A stretch of DNA of 64,000 nucleotides from an uncultured Lachnospiraceae bacterium (GCA_902786365.1 CADACD010000013.1:779-64778); one strand, 5' to 3'. Shown: positions 40,887 through 52,157, numbered from the stretch's first letter. The notes: generated from the sequence alone by a model not told the origin. Translations and numbers: made by a program.

Positions 40887-43800
40887 ATGTACTGGAAACT
40901 TGTGATATTATTTGGCGTGTTTCTGCTGATTGATATTCTGGGACATATCGGTTTCAAGATTAAAAGAAAGATTGCTGAATGGCTTCTGCTGATAGCTATA
41001 GCAGGGCTTTCAATTTGTTTTGTAGTATTGGGAATCACAAATTCATCAGGTAACAAGAAAAAGAATGGAGAAAATATCTATATGGCATATAAGTATTTGT
41101 CAGATGGCAATATTGAACAGGCAAAGCTTAAACTGGTCGGTGCGGTTGAAGGATATGAAGTGCAGGCCAGTGTCCTTGATGCCATGGCTGATATGGTAAA
41201 TAAAAATTATGTGCAGGGGTATTTTAAGTCACAGAGATTATTGAGCGACGGTGCTCTCAGTTCTATTGATAGAAAGTTTGTTCAAAAAGTGCAGACCCTC
41301 TGTATGAATGAACTTGGAATAGGTGATGCAAATGATACAGAAATAAATGAAATGGATAGTTATGAAGAGTATGTAAAAGAGCTTGAAGCACAGGATGAGG
41401 ATGCTCTAAGCCATGGTTATTCTGATAATTCAAAAAGTATAGAAGACTCTGAGAGTTCATCAGAGGCAATGGAAATTGTTGATGAATATGTAAATACACT
41501 CAATTTCACAAAAAAGCAGGAAAAGCAATATACAAAGGATTATGAACTAGACAGCAAGCTAACTTCAACAGATATCTATGAGATTACACTTGAGGATATT
41601 GATGAAATCAAAGATAAGTATGGAAATACAGAAGAAGTAAAGAAGCTGGAATGTAAATACTATGTCAAAGAAAATGATTATGAGCAGGCAAAGGAAAAGG
41701 CATTAGAGCTTGTAAAGAGTAACAGAAATGAAGAAAATTATGTCATTTATACGGATATTATTGCACAGGAAGCGTATGAGAATGAAAAGAAGATAGATGA
41801 TATCGGAGATATTCCGGCGGATGAAATTTTTGACATGACCGACAAAGAGGTTAAAAATCTTGTTGAAAAGGCAGAAAAGATTGATAAGCAGATAGAAGGT
41901 GTCAAAGAAAAATTTGATGCAGAAGATGAAGAGATTGCTGATAAACTTGACAAATTAGAAGAAGAAGCAGATGAGTTGTATACAGAAGCAGTCTATGTGG
42001 ATGTGTACAGAGCTATCAATTATATTATAGCGAAAGAGCCTGTCAATGGTGATACAACAGGTATGTATGATTTGCAGCTTGCAAAGTTATACCTTGTGGC
42101 AGGTGACAGAGATACAGCGAGCGAATATCTGTATAAGGTTATTGACAACAGTGTTGACATAAGTGATTCATCAGCGATAAAAGAAGCATTGAATGAGGTT
42201 GTTTCACAGTATAACCAGATTACCGGAGATGAGTTTAATGCAGAATTGAACACTGCCATTGAGGAGTTGATAAGAAAGCAGAGCAGCAACGTGGTAAGTA
42301 TCGGTGCTGGAACTATCAACGGAACATTTAATTCATATGTTGCAAGCTCATTAAAGTACGACAAAATTAATATACATATCAGTAAAATTGACACAGAAGA
42401 TTATCCAACAATAAAGGCATATGTCAATATAAATGGTGATAAAGACGGGAAGTCAGAGTTAGCATCTGATTTTACGGAAGCAGATTTTTCACTCATCGAC
42501 GCACAGTATGAGATTACTAATTTCAATATACTTAAAAATGGTGAGAGTAATCAGGTAAGTATTGGAATTGTAATGGATCACAGCGGAAGTATGAATGGTA
42601 CACCGCTTGCAAATGCAAAAATGGCAGCAGAAAGTGCCGTCGAGCATATGAATCGGGATAATCAGAAAATTTCGATTGTTGCATATGATGACAGGGCAAC
42701 AGTGATGTTTGGCCTTTCTAACAAAACAGAATCACTTAAAAGAGCAATTAATAATGTGAAAGAGGGCGGCGGAACGAATATTTCATCAGGTCTTTTTGCA
42801 GGTCTGGAAGAGATTAAAGATGAGGCAGGAAGCAGAGCAATCATTCTGATGTCTGACGGACAGGATGGCGGTTCAAAAGAAAGTATGCAAAATGCAATTA
42901 ATGAAGCAGTAGAGAATGGTATATGTGTCTATACAGTTGCATTTGGTGAATGTGATGAAGAATATATGAAATGGATTGCCGACGCAACAGGCGGTAAGTA
43001 TATGAAGGCATCAGACTCATCAGATTTATCAGAGATTTATCTGACACTTCAGAGATATATTGTCAACAACTACTGTATTGAATATAAAATTGAAAAGAAT
43101 GTTGATACGGACCCGAGATATCTTACAGTCAGTATCAATGAGTATAATGCGACAAAGACGAAAGATTACTATTTGAATGAGGAAAACAAACCGGAGAGTG
43201 AAGAAGATGAGTCAGGAATCATAAAGGTTGATGAGAATGCAATTGGTATTTCGTCAATGTCTCCATCAGGCGTCTCTGTAAAGGAAGTTGCCGATGGCAT
43301 GGAAGTGACGATGACAGGTAGTGGATTTGAAGATGGCATGAATGTTGTTATTGGAAATATTCCTCTTACCAATGTAATGGTAGAAGATAAGACAAGACTT
43401 ACAGGAACACTCAAGGGCGCTTTTGAGGCAGGTATATATGATGTTTATGTCAAGACGGAAGATGGAAAGATGGCAATTGCAAACAATATGTTCAAAGTCT
43501 TTAAGTCAGGAAAAACAAAATCTGTTCGACTTGGAAGTGTGACAATTACAGCAGATTCAATCGGACAGACAGGAGATTCTACATTAGTGGCAAGTGGAAA
43601 TGTCTTGATTAATGGATTTGTTCACAGTGCCGGTGATATGCAGATAGATGTGTCAGGCATGAATAAGGATATTGATCTTACAAAGAGTACATCCGTATAT
43701 GTCGGAGATGCAGGAAAATTAAGTGGCCAGTCTAAACTGTATGTAAGTTACGATCAGATGAAAGAAACGAATGGTAATTTTGCAAGTCTTGTTATGGCAG

Positions 43801-45080
43801 GCAAGGACTATATCATACAAAAGAATCAGTATGTTGCAGAAGTGACAAAATTGGGTACAACATTTGACAGTACAGTGGCGAATTTCGATTTGGAAATTCC
43901 ATTTATCATGGATATAGATGTGGCAGAGGTAAATCTTTATTCAAACAGACTTCAAGTGGATATTAAGACGTTTGATTTGTCAGAGATTGTGGAAAACTTC
44001 AATGATTCAATCAATCATAAGACAGGAGCCAATAAAGAAGAACCTAAAGTTTTAAAGAGAAGTGAAGCAAACAAGTTTGACATAAAGAAAGCAGTTGATG
44101 GTGGAATTTCAATGGCGATTACACCGGACGGAATACAGTTTGGTGGAGAGGTTTCATTAGATGTCAATGATGCACTTAATTTTGGAAATATAGGTGTCAA
44201 TGAATTTTCGATTAAATTAAATTCGCTTGACAGCGACCACGAATATTGGAAGATAGGCGGAAAGATTGATTTTGCAAGAACAATCAAAGGTTTTGCAAGC
44301 ACCGGAATAGAGGGATTTGAAGGAAGTATTTCATCGTATTACTGGCTTCCTGACAGCATTAGTATTGAAGCCTCGCTCAATCCGGGAATCACAGTATATA
44401 AAGTAATCGATATTAACAGTATTGATGGTAGCATGCAGGGAATCAGCACATTGATTCTGAAGCTGTATGAGAGTCTGGTATCACCCGGAACTTATGAGAT
44501 ACTTGGAGCAGGAATTGACAGTGATGCTTATGCCTACCAGGATGTAATACTAGAGGCAGGAATTGGTGCTAAGGCAAATCTGTTTGCATCATTTGATGAT
44601 GGTAATATATTGTTTAAAAAGTTTAAAGAGTGGGGCGAGATTGGAGAGATTAATGGAGATGTTTCGATTAATTTCTCAGAGCCGGAGCTTAAGATTACTG
44701 CGGATATGAATCTGTTAGGTTCAGAAAAAGCATCGGCAGAAGCGAAGATTAACAAGTCAGGACTTGATATAACAGCAGAGGTTGATTTATCACTTTCAGG
44801 ATTTGGAATGGAAGTTTCGGGAGGAGCAGATGCAAATCTTGGAGGAAATCTGACAGGTGCCTATATAGGAATTGGTGTCAACGGAAAGGTAAAATGCCCG
44901 GTACTTAGTATCAATTCAGAAGGTGAAGCGTCAGTAAAGGTTGATTTTGACTGGGATTTTAACAAGGCAGCAGTTACTGTCAATTATAAAGATGGAAGTA
45001 CGGATAAGGAAGCATCATTGTGGTATGAGGATAATGGAGAGCTGTTCTTAAAGGATAAGATACATACTTCTGTTGAGTAA
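40887..45080 (+). CDS. Large membrane-anchored VWA + IPT/TIG domain protein
   Basis: Two N-terminal hydrophobic segments; helical acidic region; VWA MIDAS DHSGS...GGGT...SDG; IPT-like SMSP..GSGF; beta-rich C-terminus; ATG 40887 after GGAGG. Confidence 0.8.
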   Translation: MYWKLVILFGVFLLIDILGHIGFKIKRKIAEWLLLIAIAGLSICFVVLGITNSSGNKKKNGENIYMAYKYLSDGNIEQAKLKLVGAVEGYEVQASVLDAMADMVNKNYVQGYFKSQRLLSDGALSSIDRKFVQKVQTLCMNELGIGDANDTEINEMDSYEEYVKELEAQDEDALSHGYSDNSKSIEDSESSSEAMEIVDEYVNTLNFTKKQEKQYTKDYELDSKLTSTDIYEITLEDIDEIKDKYGNTEEVKKLECKYYVKENDYEQAKEKALELVKSNRNEENYVIYTDIIAQEAYENEKKIDDIGDIPADEIFDMTDKEVKNLVEKAEKIDKQIEGVKEKFDAEDEEIADKLDKLEEEADELYTEAVYVDVYRAINYIIAKEPVNGDTTGMYDLQLAKLYLVAGDRDTASEYLYKVIDNSVDISDSSAIKEALNEVVSQYNQITGDEFNAELNTAIEELIRKQSSNVVSIGAGTINGTFNSYVASSLKYDKINIHISKIDTEDYPTIKAYVNINGDKDGKSELASDFTEADFSLIDAQYEITNFNILKNGESNQVSIGIVMDHSGSMNGTPLANAKMAAESAVEHMNRDNQKISIVAYDDRATVMFGLSNKTESLKRAINNVKEGGGTNISSGLFAGLEEIKDEAGSRAIILMSDGQDGGSKESMQNAINEAVENGICVYTVAFGECDEEYMKWIADATGGKYMKASDSSDLSEIYLTLQRYIVNNYCIEYKIEKNVDTDPRYLTVSINEYNATKTKDYYLNEENKPESEEDESGIIKVDENAIGISSMSPSGVSVKEVADGMEVTMTGSGFEDGMNVVIGNIPLTNVMVEDKTRLTGTLKGAFEAGIYDVYVKTEDGKMAIANNMFKVFKSGKTKSVRLGSVTITADSIGQTGDSTLVASGNVLINGFVHSAGDMQIDVSGMNKDIDLTKSTSVYVGDAGKLSGQSKLYVSYDQMKETNGNFASLVMAGKDYIIQKNQYVAEVTKLGTTFDSTVANFDLEIPFIMDIDVAEVNLYSNRLQVDIKTFDLSEIVENFNDSINHKTGANKEEPKVLKRSEANKFDIKKAVDGGISMAITPDGIQFGGEVSLDVNDALNFGNIGVNEFSIKLNSLDSDHEYWKIGGKIDFARTIKGFASTGIEGFEGSISSYYWLPDSISIEASLNPGITVYKVIDINSIDGSMQGISTLILKLYESLVSPGTYEILGAGIDSDAYAYQDVILEAGIGAKANLFASFDDGNILFKKFKEWGEIGEINGDVSINFSEPELKITADMNLLGSEKASAEAKINKSGLDITAEVDLSLSGFGMEVSGGADANLGGNLTGAYIGIGVNGKVKCPVLSINSEGEASVKVDFDWDFNKAAVTVNYKDGSTDKEASLWYEDNGELFLKDKIHTSVE

Positions 45081-45171
45081 TAATAAGCTGGAAAATCCAA
45101 GTGACTGATATTTAAGGTATGGATTTTTACAAAATATGAGAACCGGGAAAGGTTTAGGGTGAAAGAATTTT

Positions 45172-46728
45172 ATGATTAGTCTTATTAAAAAAAATGATGT
45201 GAAGATTGGAGTAAGTGAATATATTAAAATCCTGATATGTGCATTGATATTAGTTTTGATTTCTTCATTCAATGTATATGCTGATACAAAAGAACTGACA
45301 ATGAATGTAAATAATGATTACACGAATGCAGCATTTTCGATTACATGGGAAAAATATGATAAAGAAGCAGATGTAGAGATTGTTTCGCCGGATGGAAAGA
45401 CTTACAGCAAAAAAGAAACTCCTGATGCAGTATATGCTGCACCGGGAGAGGCTGTGATTAGTGTAGGACAGCCGGCAAAAGGGGAATGGAAGATAAAAGT
45501 GACAGGAGATTCTCTTGGTAAAATAGATGTGAATGTGGGACAGGTTCCAAATTCTCTTATTATTGATTCTTTTACCGTGAAAGAAAATGGCGACAAATAT
45601 GAGGCGGAGTATTCTGTAAGTGATTGTCCGGAAAGTATTGATGTGGAAATATTTGCAGATACTGACAGTGAAGGATTTGACGGAGAGGAAGTTTACTCCG
45701 GAAACGGAGGAGCAAGCGGAACCGTAGAACTCAATATGGGAATGGTTCTTTCGGGAGAATACCATTTTTATATACGTATTTCGTCAGATGGAACTTATAA
45801 AAGGAAATATTCTGACTCTGTTATCAGCTATCAGAATAAAGATGTCACGGATAAGGTACAAGGAGTGACAGGTGGAAAATATAATGACGGATATTATATA
45901 AGCTGGGAGTATGAAAATGAATATGATGATTTTAAGATTTATGTCTGGGACAAGGATATGAATCTTACATCTGAAGAAGAAGTCGAGGGAGAAGGTTTTT
46001 ATTACGGTGATTTTAATACAGATGAAAACGGTGATGATGAAGAGAAGGTTTACCTCGCAGTAGTGTATGCCAATAAACGCTGTAATTATGATAAGATTGA
46101 GGTGAAGTCAGATACGGAGTTAGATGCAGAAGTAACATTTGATGTAGAGGGAGATATCACATCACATAAATTCATAGAAGGAACAGTACAGTCAAGTGGT
46201 GACTGCATAATCAATGCATTTTTAAACGGTGAGCAGAAGATAGAAAACGAGACAGAGGCAGGTTCCTACAGAGTAATAATGAGTGATGGTGACAATGAGG
46301 TGATTTTTCTTGTTACTGATGAAGATGGCAATAAGAAGGAGTTTGTAAAGAAAATCTATGTAGATACTATTGCACCGGCACTGTCTGTTGCAGATGACAT
46401 CAATAATCTTGTGACTTCTAAAAGCTATGTCTATGTAAGCGGATATTCTGAAAATGGAGCTACTGTTACTTTGAATGGCAGAGAGATTGAATTACAAAAA
46501 GGTTATTTTAATGAGAAAGTGGACCTTGGTCTTGGTAAAAATAATATAGAGCTTATTGCGGAGGATATTGCAGGAAATAAAACAGTATACAAAGCGGTTG
46601 TGAGTTATGAAATTAATAAAAAGGGAAGAATGGAGCTTTATATTTTAACAGTTATTGCGATTGCGCTCGGTATTCTTTATATTATTGTTTTTGTAAAAGG
46701 AATTAGGAGAAGGAGGAGTACAAAATGA
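45172..46728 (+). CDS. Ig/cadherin-like beta-sandwich repeat surface protein with C-terminal TM
   Basis: Signal-like N-terminus; repeats such as VDTIAPAL, NGATVTLNG, GKNNIELIAEDIAGNK; C-terminal TM and KGIRRRR. Confidence 0.75.
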   Translation: MISLIKKNDVKIGVSEYIKILICALILVLISSFNVYADTKELTMNVNNDYTNAAFSITWEKYDKEADVEIVSPDGKTYSKKETPDAVYAAPGEAVISVGQPAKGEWKIKVTGDSLGKIDVNVGQVPNSLIIDSFTVKENGDKYEAEYSVSDCPESIDVEIFADTDSEGFDGEEVYSGNGGASGTVELNMGMVLSGEYHFYIRISSDGTYKRKYSDSVISYQNKDVTDKVQGVTGGKYNDGYYISWEYENEYDDFKIYVWDKDMNLTSEEEVEGEGFYYGDFNTDENGDDEEKVYLAVVYANKRCNYDKIEVKSDTELDAEVTFDVEGDITSHKFIEGTVQSSGDCIINAFLNGEQKIENETEAGSYRVIMSDGDNEVIFLVTDEDGNKKEFVKKIYVDTIAPALSVADDINNLVTSKSYVYVSGYSENGATVTLNGREIELQKGYFNEKVDLGLGKNNIELIAEDIAGNKTVYKAVVSYEINKKGRMELYILTVIAIALGILYIIVFVKGIRRRRSTK

Positions 46729-47009
46729 TTATCGTATTATTTTTAGTAACAATCATTATCACATTGGCAGCCATTGCAGTATGTGCTTATTCAGCACATA
46801 TCAATTCAATGGTATCAGGAGAAAAACTCCTCACTCTGAACAGTAAACTTGGATATCAATACGCCACAACCTACCATTCGTGGCAGATTTATGCAACAAT
46901 TGCGGCGATAGCAACCGTTGTTGTGTGGGTGATATTTGTATGTATCTTTATAAAGCACAGAAAAAAGAGAAAAAAGCAAAAAATTGAAGCAATGAAAAGC
47001 AAAGTCTAG
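46725..47009 (+). CDS. Small two-TM membrane protein
   Basis: Two hydrophobic helices and a basic tail; ATGA overlap with the upstream gene. Confidence 0.7.
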   Translation: MIIVLFLVTIIITLAAIAVCAYSAHINSMVSGEKLLTLNSKLGYQYATTYHSWQIYATIAAIATVVVWVIFVCIFIKHRKKRKKQKIEAMKSKV

Positions 47010-47086
47010 TTTCGAAGCAAAGTATGTTTAGTAAATTTGAAATAAAGATGAAATTAAGCAATAGTGTTTAAAACCAGTAAAAAGTA

Positions 47087-47164
47087 TATGGATAAAAATG
47101 CAATAATGTGGATAATTTCCATAAACAAATCGATGTATGTGGGAAAAATATATGTTGTGGGAAT
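47087..47164. promoter_or_regulatory. Small cluster of DnaA-box-like sites
   Basis: Perfect TGTGGATAA at 47107-47115; 1-mismatch at 47087-47095; weaker sites at 47138 and 47156; all in the same orientation. Confidence 0.5.
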
Positions 47165-47260
47165 TGACAAAATTAGAAATGGAAAAATTAAATTGAAAAA
47201 GAATTGGTGATAAAAGGGAAAATAAAAAATAGAAATATGAAAAAATGCGAGGTATAGTCT

Positions 47261-48241
47261 ATGAGTGATGATATAAGAGTAAAGGAGTTTGAATTTCCAT
47301 CAAGTAATACGTATTATACAATACATGGTAAGATGTGGATACCAAAACACGATGTGATTGCGGTGGTTCAGATTTCACATGGTATGGCAGAGCATATTGA
47401 CAGGTATGATGAATTTGCAAGATTTTTGGCAGAGAGACAGATTCTTGTCATTGGAAATGACCACATGGGACATGGAAAATCAATTAACAGTGAAGAGGAT
47501 TTGGGATATTTTTCAATACCTTTTATCGGGGCAAAGGGAAAAGATAAAGAAAAATACACATCAAGCAGTCTGGCGGTACAGGATTTACGATATATTACAA
47601 AGGTGGTAAAGAAACATTATCCTGGAGTTCCATATATTTTGCTGGGACAAAGTATGGGTTCATTTTTGGCAAGAAGGTATATGATGGAATACGGAAGGGA
47701 GATTGATGGAGCTATCCTTATGGGAACTGGAAACCCACCATACAAAGAAGTTTTATTAGGCAAAATCTTATGTGGGTTAATAAGCAAAATAAAAGGCGAC
47801 AGACATAGAAGTAAGCTATTGTATCTGTTGATGTTTGGAACATATAACAAAAGGATAAAGAAGCCTGTAGGGAAAAATGCATGGATAACTTCTGATAATG
47901 AGAGGATAAAATTATATAATCAGGACAAGAAATGTGGATATATTTTTACAGTTAACGGAATCAAGGCATTATTTTCAACAATCCTGTTTGTAGAAAAAGA
48001 AAGCAATATTGCAAAAATACCAAAGGATATCAAGACACTTTTGATTTCAGGTTCTGACGATCCGGTTGGCGGATATACAAAACAGGTAAAAGAGGTGTAT
48101 GAGCAGTATAAAAAACACGGAATGGAAGATATATCTGTAAAATTCTATGAAGAAAGCAGACATGAGCTTATCAATGAAAAGGTGAGAGAGTATGTTTTTA
48201 AGGATATTGATGAATGGATTTGTGAACATACGGTCAGATAA
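47261..48241 (+). CDS. Alpha/beta hydrolase (lysophospholipase / monoacylglycerol lipase-like)
   Basis: SHGMAEH, DHMGHGKS, nucleophile elbow GQSMG, SGSDDPVG, RHELINE. Confidence 0.88.
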   Translation: MSDDIRVKEFEFPSSNTYYTIHGKMWIPKHDVIAVVQISHGMAEHIDRYDEFARFLAERQILVIGNDHMGHGKSINSEEDLGYFSIPFIGAKGKDKEKYTSSSLAVQDLRYITKVVKKHYPGVPYILLGQSMGSFLARRYMMEYGREIDGAILMGTGNPPYKEVLLGKILCGLISKIKGDRHRSKLLYLLMFGTYNKRIKKPVGKNAWITSDNERIKLYNQDKKCGYIFTVNGIKALFSTILFVEKESNIAKIPKDIKTLLISGSDDPVGGYTKQVKEVYEQYKKHGMEDISVKFYEESRHELINEKVREYVFKDIDEWICEHTVR

Positions 48242-48302
48242 GATTCTTCCAGACACTTTGGTGATAGATTTTCCGGATAATAATTCAACGAAATAAATGA
48301 AC

Positions 48303-48346
48303 AAGGAACAGCTTCGATAGTTACATGAAGTTGTTCCTTATTTTTT
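48303..48346. terminator. Terminator between convergent genes
   Basis: aaggaacagcttc / gaagttgttcctt followed by a T run. Confidence 0.75.
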
Positions 48347-48399
48347 ATCTAGTCTATTTAAATACTCACCTTTCTAATTATACACTAACCAGGACTATA

Positions 48400-49089
48400 C
48401 TACTCCATTGTAAGTTTTCCTTCAGCCTCCAGTTTCTTTCGTATTGTCTGCATCGTAGTGTCAGTTTCATATATGACATTTGCACATTGTGTAAGCTGTG
48501 CAATCACATCATCAACATTTTCCTGTGTCTTTTTGTAATGAATTTGATGTTCCAGACTTGCCCAGAAGTTCATAGCAATCGTTCTGATTTGCACTTCGAC
48601 TTTCATAAGACGCTTTCCGCTTGAAAGAAAAATAGGAACCTCCACAACAAGGTGAAGACTTCTGTAGCCATTTGGTTTCGGATTTTTGATGTAATCTTTT
48701 TTAGTGATAACACGGATGTCGTCCTGAGCGATAAGCATGTCTGCGACAGTGTATATATCATCAATAAACGGACAGATTACTCTCACTCCTGCGACATCAT
48801 GAAGGTTGTCAAGAATACTGTAAAGTGTGATGGGATAACCGCGACGTTTTAATTTGTCATAGATACTTTTCGGATCCTTTATTCTTGATTTGATATTATC
48901 AATAGGGTTTCGTGCATAATTAGCCTGAAAATCATCATTTAATACTTCAAGCTTTGTTCTTACTTCACGAATTGCACAACCGTACCAGCACATAATCTGT
49001 TTGAATTTTTCAACATTCTGAAAAGCCTCAGCAGAGTTGATGTAATCATCATCAATCTGTGGCATTTTATTATTAATATTTGTATTCAA
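48400..49089 (-). CDS. Small alarmone synthetase (RelP/RelQ-like GTP pyrophosphokinase)
   Basis: RIKDPKSIYDKL, DVAGVRVI, KPNGYRSLHL, EVQIRTIAMNFWASLEH. Confidence 0.92.
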   Translation of the reverse strand: MNTNINNKMPQIDDDYINSAEAFQNVEKFKQIMCWYGCAIREVRTKLEVLNDDFQANYARNPIDNIKSRIKDPKSIYDKLKRRGYPITLYSILDNLHDVAGVRVICPFIDDIYTVADMLIAQDDIRVITKKDYIKNPKPNGYRSLHLVVEVPIFLSSGKRLMKVEVQIRTIAMNFWASLEHQIHYKKTQENVDDVIAQLTQCANVIYETDTTMQTIRKKLEAEGKLTME

Positions 49090-49176
49090 TAGTAAAAACT
49101 CCTTCCAAATGATTGAATTTAATAAAAGCCTTATTACAGTTACAATATATCAAATAAATTATTCTGATGATTTTTG

Positions 49177-49662
49177 TTATTCAAATTTTACATTCTTCTC
49201 CGCCCATAGTTTAAGAGCTGTGGCATTTGAAGAAATTTTATCAAGTGAAGCTAGAATTTTAGCAAATTCTTCACGCTCATAAGAATCGACTTGTCCGTCT
49301 TCTGATATGGAAATCAGAGAAGTGCGGATGCTGTCAATATCATTTAAAGAGGCAAGGACCTTGAGTGATAACCTGTCAAAATCATCAATCTTGACTTTTG
49401 ATATCGTATTTTTACCGATAGGACATTGTTCAGCACAGTGAGAATTGCATAACTCCGGAGTATTATAATTTTTTGCCATCGACATCACCTCTTCCGGGTA
49501 GGGGGTGATATTTCCGAGTTCAATATTTGCAAGTCTTGTACGGTCTATATTAAGAATTTCTGAAGCCTTTTCACGGCTTGAAAATGAATCATTATTTTCG
49601 GCTGCCTCATATCTTGCCATACAGTACATATTGTCAGCAGCTTTTGTCGCTTTCTTTCCCAT
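49177..49662 (-). CDS. XRE-type helix-turn-helix regulator with Cys cluster
   Basis: SREKASEILNIDRTRLANIELG HTH; CNSHCAEQCPIG. Confidence 0.75.
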   Translation of the reverse strand: MGKKATKAADNMYCMARYEAAENNDSFSSREKASEILNIDRTRLANIELGNITPYPEEVMSMAKNYNTPELCNSHCAEQCPIGKNTISKVKIDDFDRLSLKVLASLNDIDSIRTSLISISEDGQVDSYEREEFAKILASLDKISSNATALKLWAEKNVKFE

Positions 49663-49787
49663 AAAACAATACCTTCCATATTATGTTCTTAAATTATATA
49701 AAATACCTTTATCTATAGTTTAATCAATACTTGGGCAAAAGTAAAGTAAAAATGAAAGAAAAAGTGACCATTATTCATAAAAAAAGT

Positions 49788-49816
49788 TTGCATAATTATA
49801 TGAAAATTAGTATAAT
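49788..49816 (+). promoter_or_regulatory. Sigma-A promoter of the hydratase-glgB unit
   Basis: TTGCAT-N17-TATAAT. Confidence 0.7.
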
Positions 49817-49852
49817 AGAGAGTAGCTAACCAGTAAAACAGGAGGATAAGAT

Positions 49853-52138
49853 ATGGTAACATTGAGCAAAGGCGGAGCATATCTGCTTAACGGAACTGAA
49901 GTAATTGAAGTTGCAGGAGATACAGATGAACTTTTAAAATCAAAATTAGGCAGGAGTGTTTCAAAAGAAGAAGCGGCAAAGAACACGATTGCCTACAACA
50001 TCTTAGAGCAGCACAATACATCAGGAAACATGGACAAACTCCAGATTAAGTTTGACAAACTTACATCACATGATATTACATTTGTAGGTATTATCCAGAC
50101 AGCGAGAGCTTCCGGACTTGAGAAGTTCCCTATCCCGTATGTTCTTACAAACTGTCACAACAGTTTGTGTGCGGTAGGTGGAACGATAAATGAAGATGAC
50201 CATATGTTTGGCCTTACATGTGCGAAAAAGTATGGCGGAGTATATGTTCCGCCTCATCAGGCTGTTATTCATCAGTTTGCAAGAGAGATGCTTGCAGGTG
50301 GCGGAAAGATGATATTAGGTTCAGACAGCCACACAAGATATGGTGCACTTGGTACTATGGCAATGGGTGAGGGAGGACCGGAGCTTGTAAAGCAGCTTCT
50401 TTCACAGACATATGATATCAATATGCCAGGAGTGATAGCTGTTTATTTGAGTGGTGAACCGGTGAAAGGTGTAGGACCACAGGACGTTGCACTCGCTATT
50501 ATCGGTGCAGTTTTTGCAAACGGTTATGTAAAGAATAAAGTACTTGAATTTGTAGGTCCGGGAGTTTCAAGCTTAAGTGCTGATTTCAGAATCGGTATTG
50601 ATGTTATGACAACAGAGACAACATGTCTATCATCTATCTGGAAGACAGATGATAAGATTAAAGATTTCTATGATATTCATGGCAGAAGTGAAGAATATAA
50701 GGAATTAAATCCTGGAGATGTTGCATATTATGATGGTGTGGTATATGTTGAACTTGACAAGGTGAAACCGATGATAGCAATGCCATTCCACCCAAGTAAC
50801 ACATACACAATTGAAGAATTGAATGCAAATCTGATGGATATTCTTGATGATTGTGAGAAGAAAGCACTTGTAAGTCTTGACGGACAGGTTGAATTTACAT
50901 TGAAAGATAAAGTAAGAGACGGAAAACTTTATGTAGAACAGGGAATCATTGCCGGATGTGCCGGTGGTGGTTTTGAAAACATATGTGCAGCAGCAGATAT
51001 TTTGAAAGGTAAGAGTATTGGTGCTGATGAGTTTACACTCAGTGTATATCCTGCAAGTACACCAATCTATGTGGAACTTGCAAGAAATGGAAAATTAGCT
51101 GATTTGATGGCAACAGGTGCGATTGTAAAGACTGCATTCTGCGGACCATGTTTCGGTGCAGGCGATACACCGGCAAACAATGCATTAAGTATCAGACATT
51201 CTACAAGAAACTTCCCAAACAGAGAAGGTTCAAAGCTTCAGAATGGACAGATTTCATCCGTTGCACTGATGGATGCGCGTTCTATTGCAGCAACAGCAGC
51301 CAACAAGGGATTCCTTACAGCAGCAACAGATGTGGATGCAGAGTTTACAAACCCAAGATATTTCTTTGATAAGACAATATACGAGAACAGAGTATTTGAC
51401 AGCAAGGGTGTGGCAGATCCGACAGTAGAGATTAAATTTGGTCCTAATATCAAGGATTGGCCGAAGATGGTAGAGTTGACAGACAATCTTATTCTTAAAG
51501 TAGTATCAGAGATACATGATCCGGTTACAACTACGGATGAATTGATTCCATCAGGTGAGACGTCGTCATACCGTTCAAATCCTTTAGGACTTGCAGAGTT
51601 CACACTCTCAAGAAAGGATCCGGCATATGTTGGAAAGGCAAAAGAGGTTCAGGCAGCAGAGAAGGCAAGAGAGGCGGGCGAATGTCCATGTACCGCACTT
51701 GATGAATTAAGACCGGTAATGGACACAATTAAGTCAGTATACAAGGATATTAATAAAGAAAATATTGGTATCGGAAGTACAATTTATGCTGTTAAACCGG
51801 GCGATGGTTCTGCAAGGGAGCAGGCAGCATCATGCCAGAAGGTTTTAGGCGGATGGGCAAATATTGCAAAAGAATATGCAACAAAAAGATATCGTTCAAA
51901 TCTTATCAATTGGGGTATGCTTCCATTTTTATTTGATTCAGATGATTTGCCATTTTCAAATGGTGATTATATTTTTATACCGGATATAGCCGAGGCCGTG
52001 AGAGAGAAGAGGTCTGAGATTAAGGCATATGTGGTAAAAGATGAGCTTAAGGAATTTGAACTTAAGCTTGGTGAATTAACAGACGATGAGAGAGAGATTA
52101 TCTTGAAAGGTTGTTTGATTAATTATAACAGAGTTTAA
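49853..52138 (+). CDS. Aconitase-family hydratase (YbhJ-like)
   Basis: [40 protein letters not shown]. Confidence 0.9.
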   Translation: MVTLSKGGAYLLNGTEVIEVAGDTDELLKSKLGRSVSKEEAAKNTIAYNILEQHNTSGNMDKLQIKFDKLTSHDITFVGIIQTARASGLEKFPIPYVLTNCHNSLCAVGGTINEDDHMFGLTCAKKYGGVYVPPHQAVIHQFAREMLAGGGKMILGSDSHTRYGALGTMAMGEGGPELVKQLLSQTYDINMPGVIAVYLSGEPVKGVGPQDVALAIIGAVFANGYVKNKVLEFVGPGVSSLSADFRIGIDVMTTETTCLSSIWKTDDKIKDFYDIHGRSEEYKELNPGDVAYYDGVVYVELDKVKPMIAMPFHPSNTYTIEELNANLMDILDDCEKKALVSLDGQVEFTLKDKVRDGKLYVEQGIIAGCAGGGFENICAAADILKGKSIGADEFTLSVYPASTPIYVELARNGKLADLMATGAIVKTAFCGPCFGAGDTPANNALSIRHSTRNFPNREGSKLQNGQISSVALMDARSIAATAANKGFLTAATDVDAEFTNPRYFFDKTIYENRVFDSKGVADPTVEIKFGPNIKDWPKMVELTDNLILKVVSEIHDPVTTTDELIPSGETSSYRSNPLGLAEFTLSRKDPAYVGKAKEVQAAEKAREAGECPCTALDELRPVMDTIKSVYKDINKENIGIGSTIYAVKPGDGSAREQAASCQKVLGGWANIAKEYATKRYRSNLINWGMLPFLFDSDDLPFSNGDYIFIPDIAEAVREKRSEIKAYVVKDELKEFELKLGELTDDEREIILKGCLINYNRV

Positions 52139-52157
52139 GAAAAGAGAGGTGTAGCAT

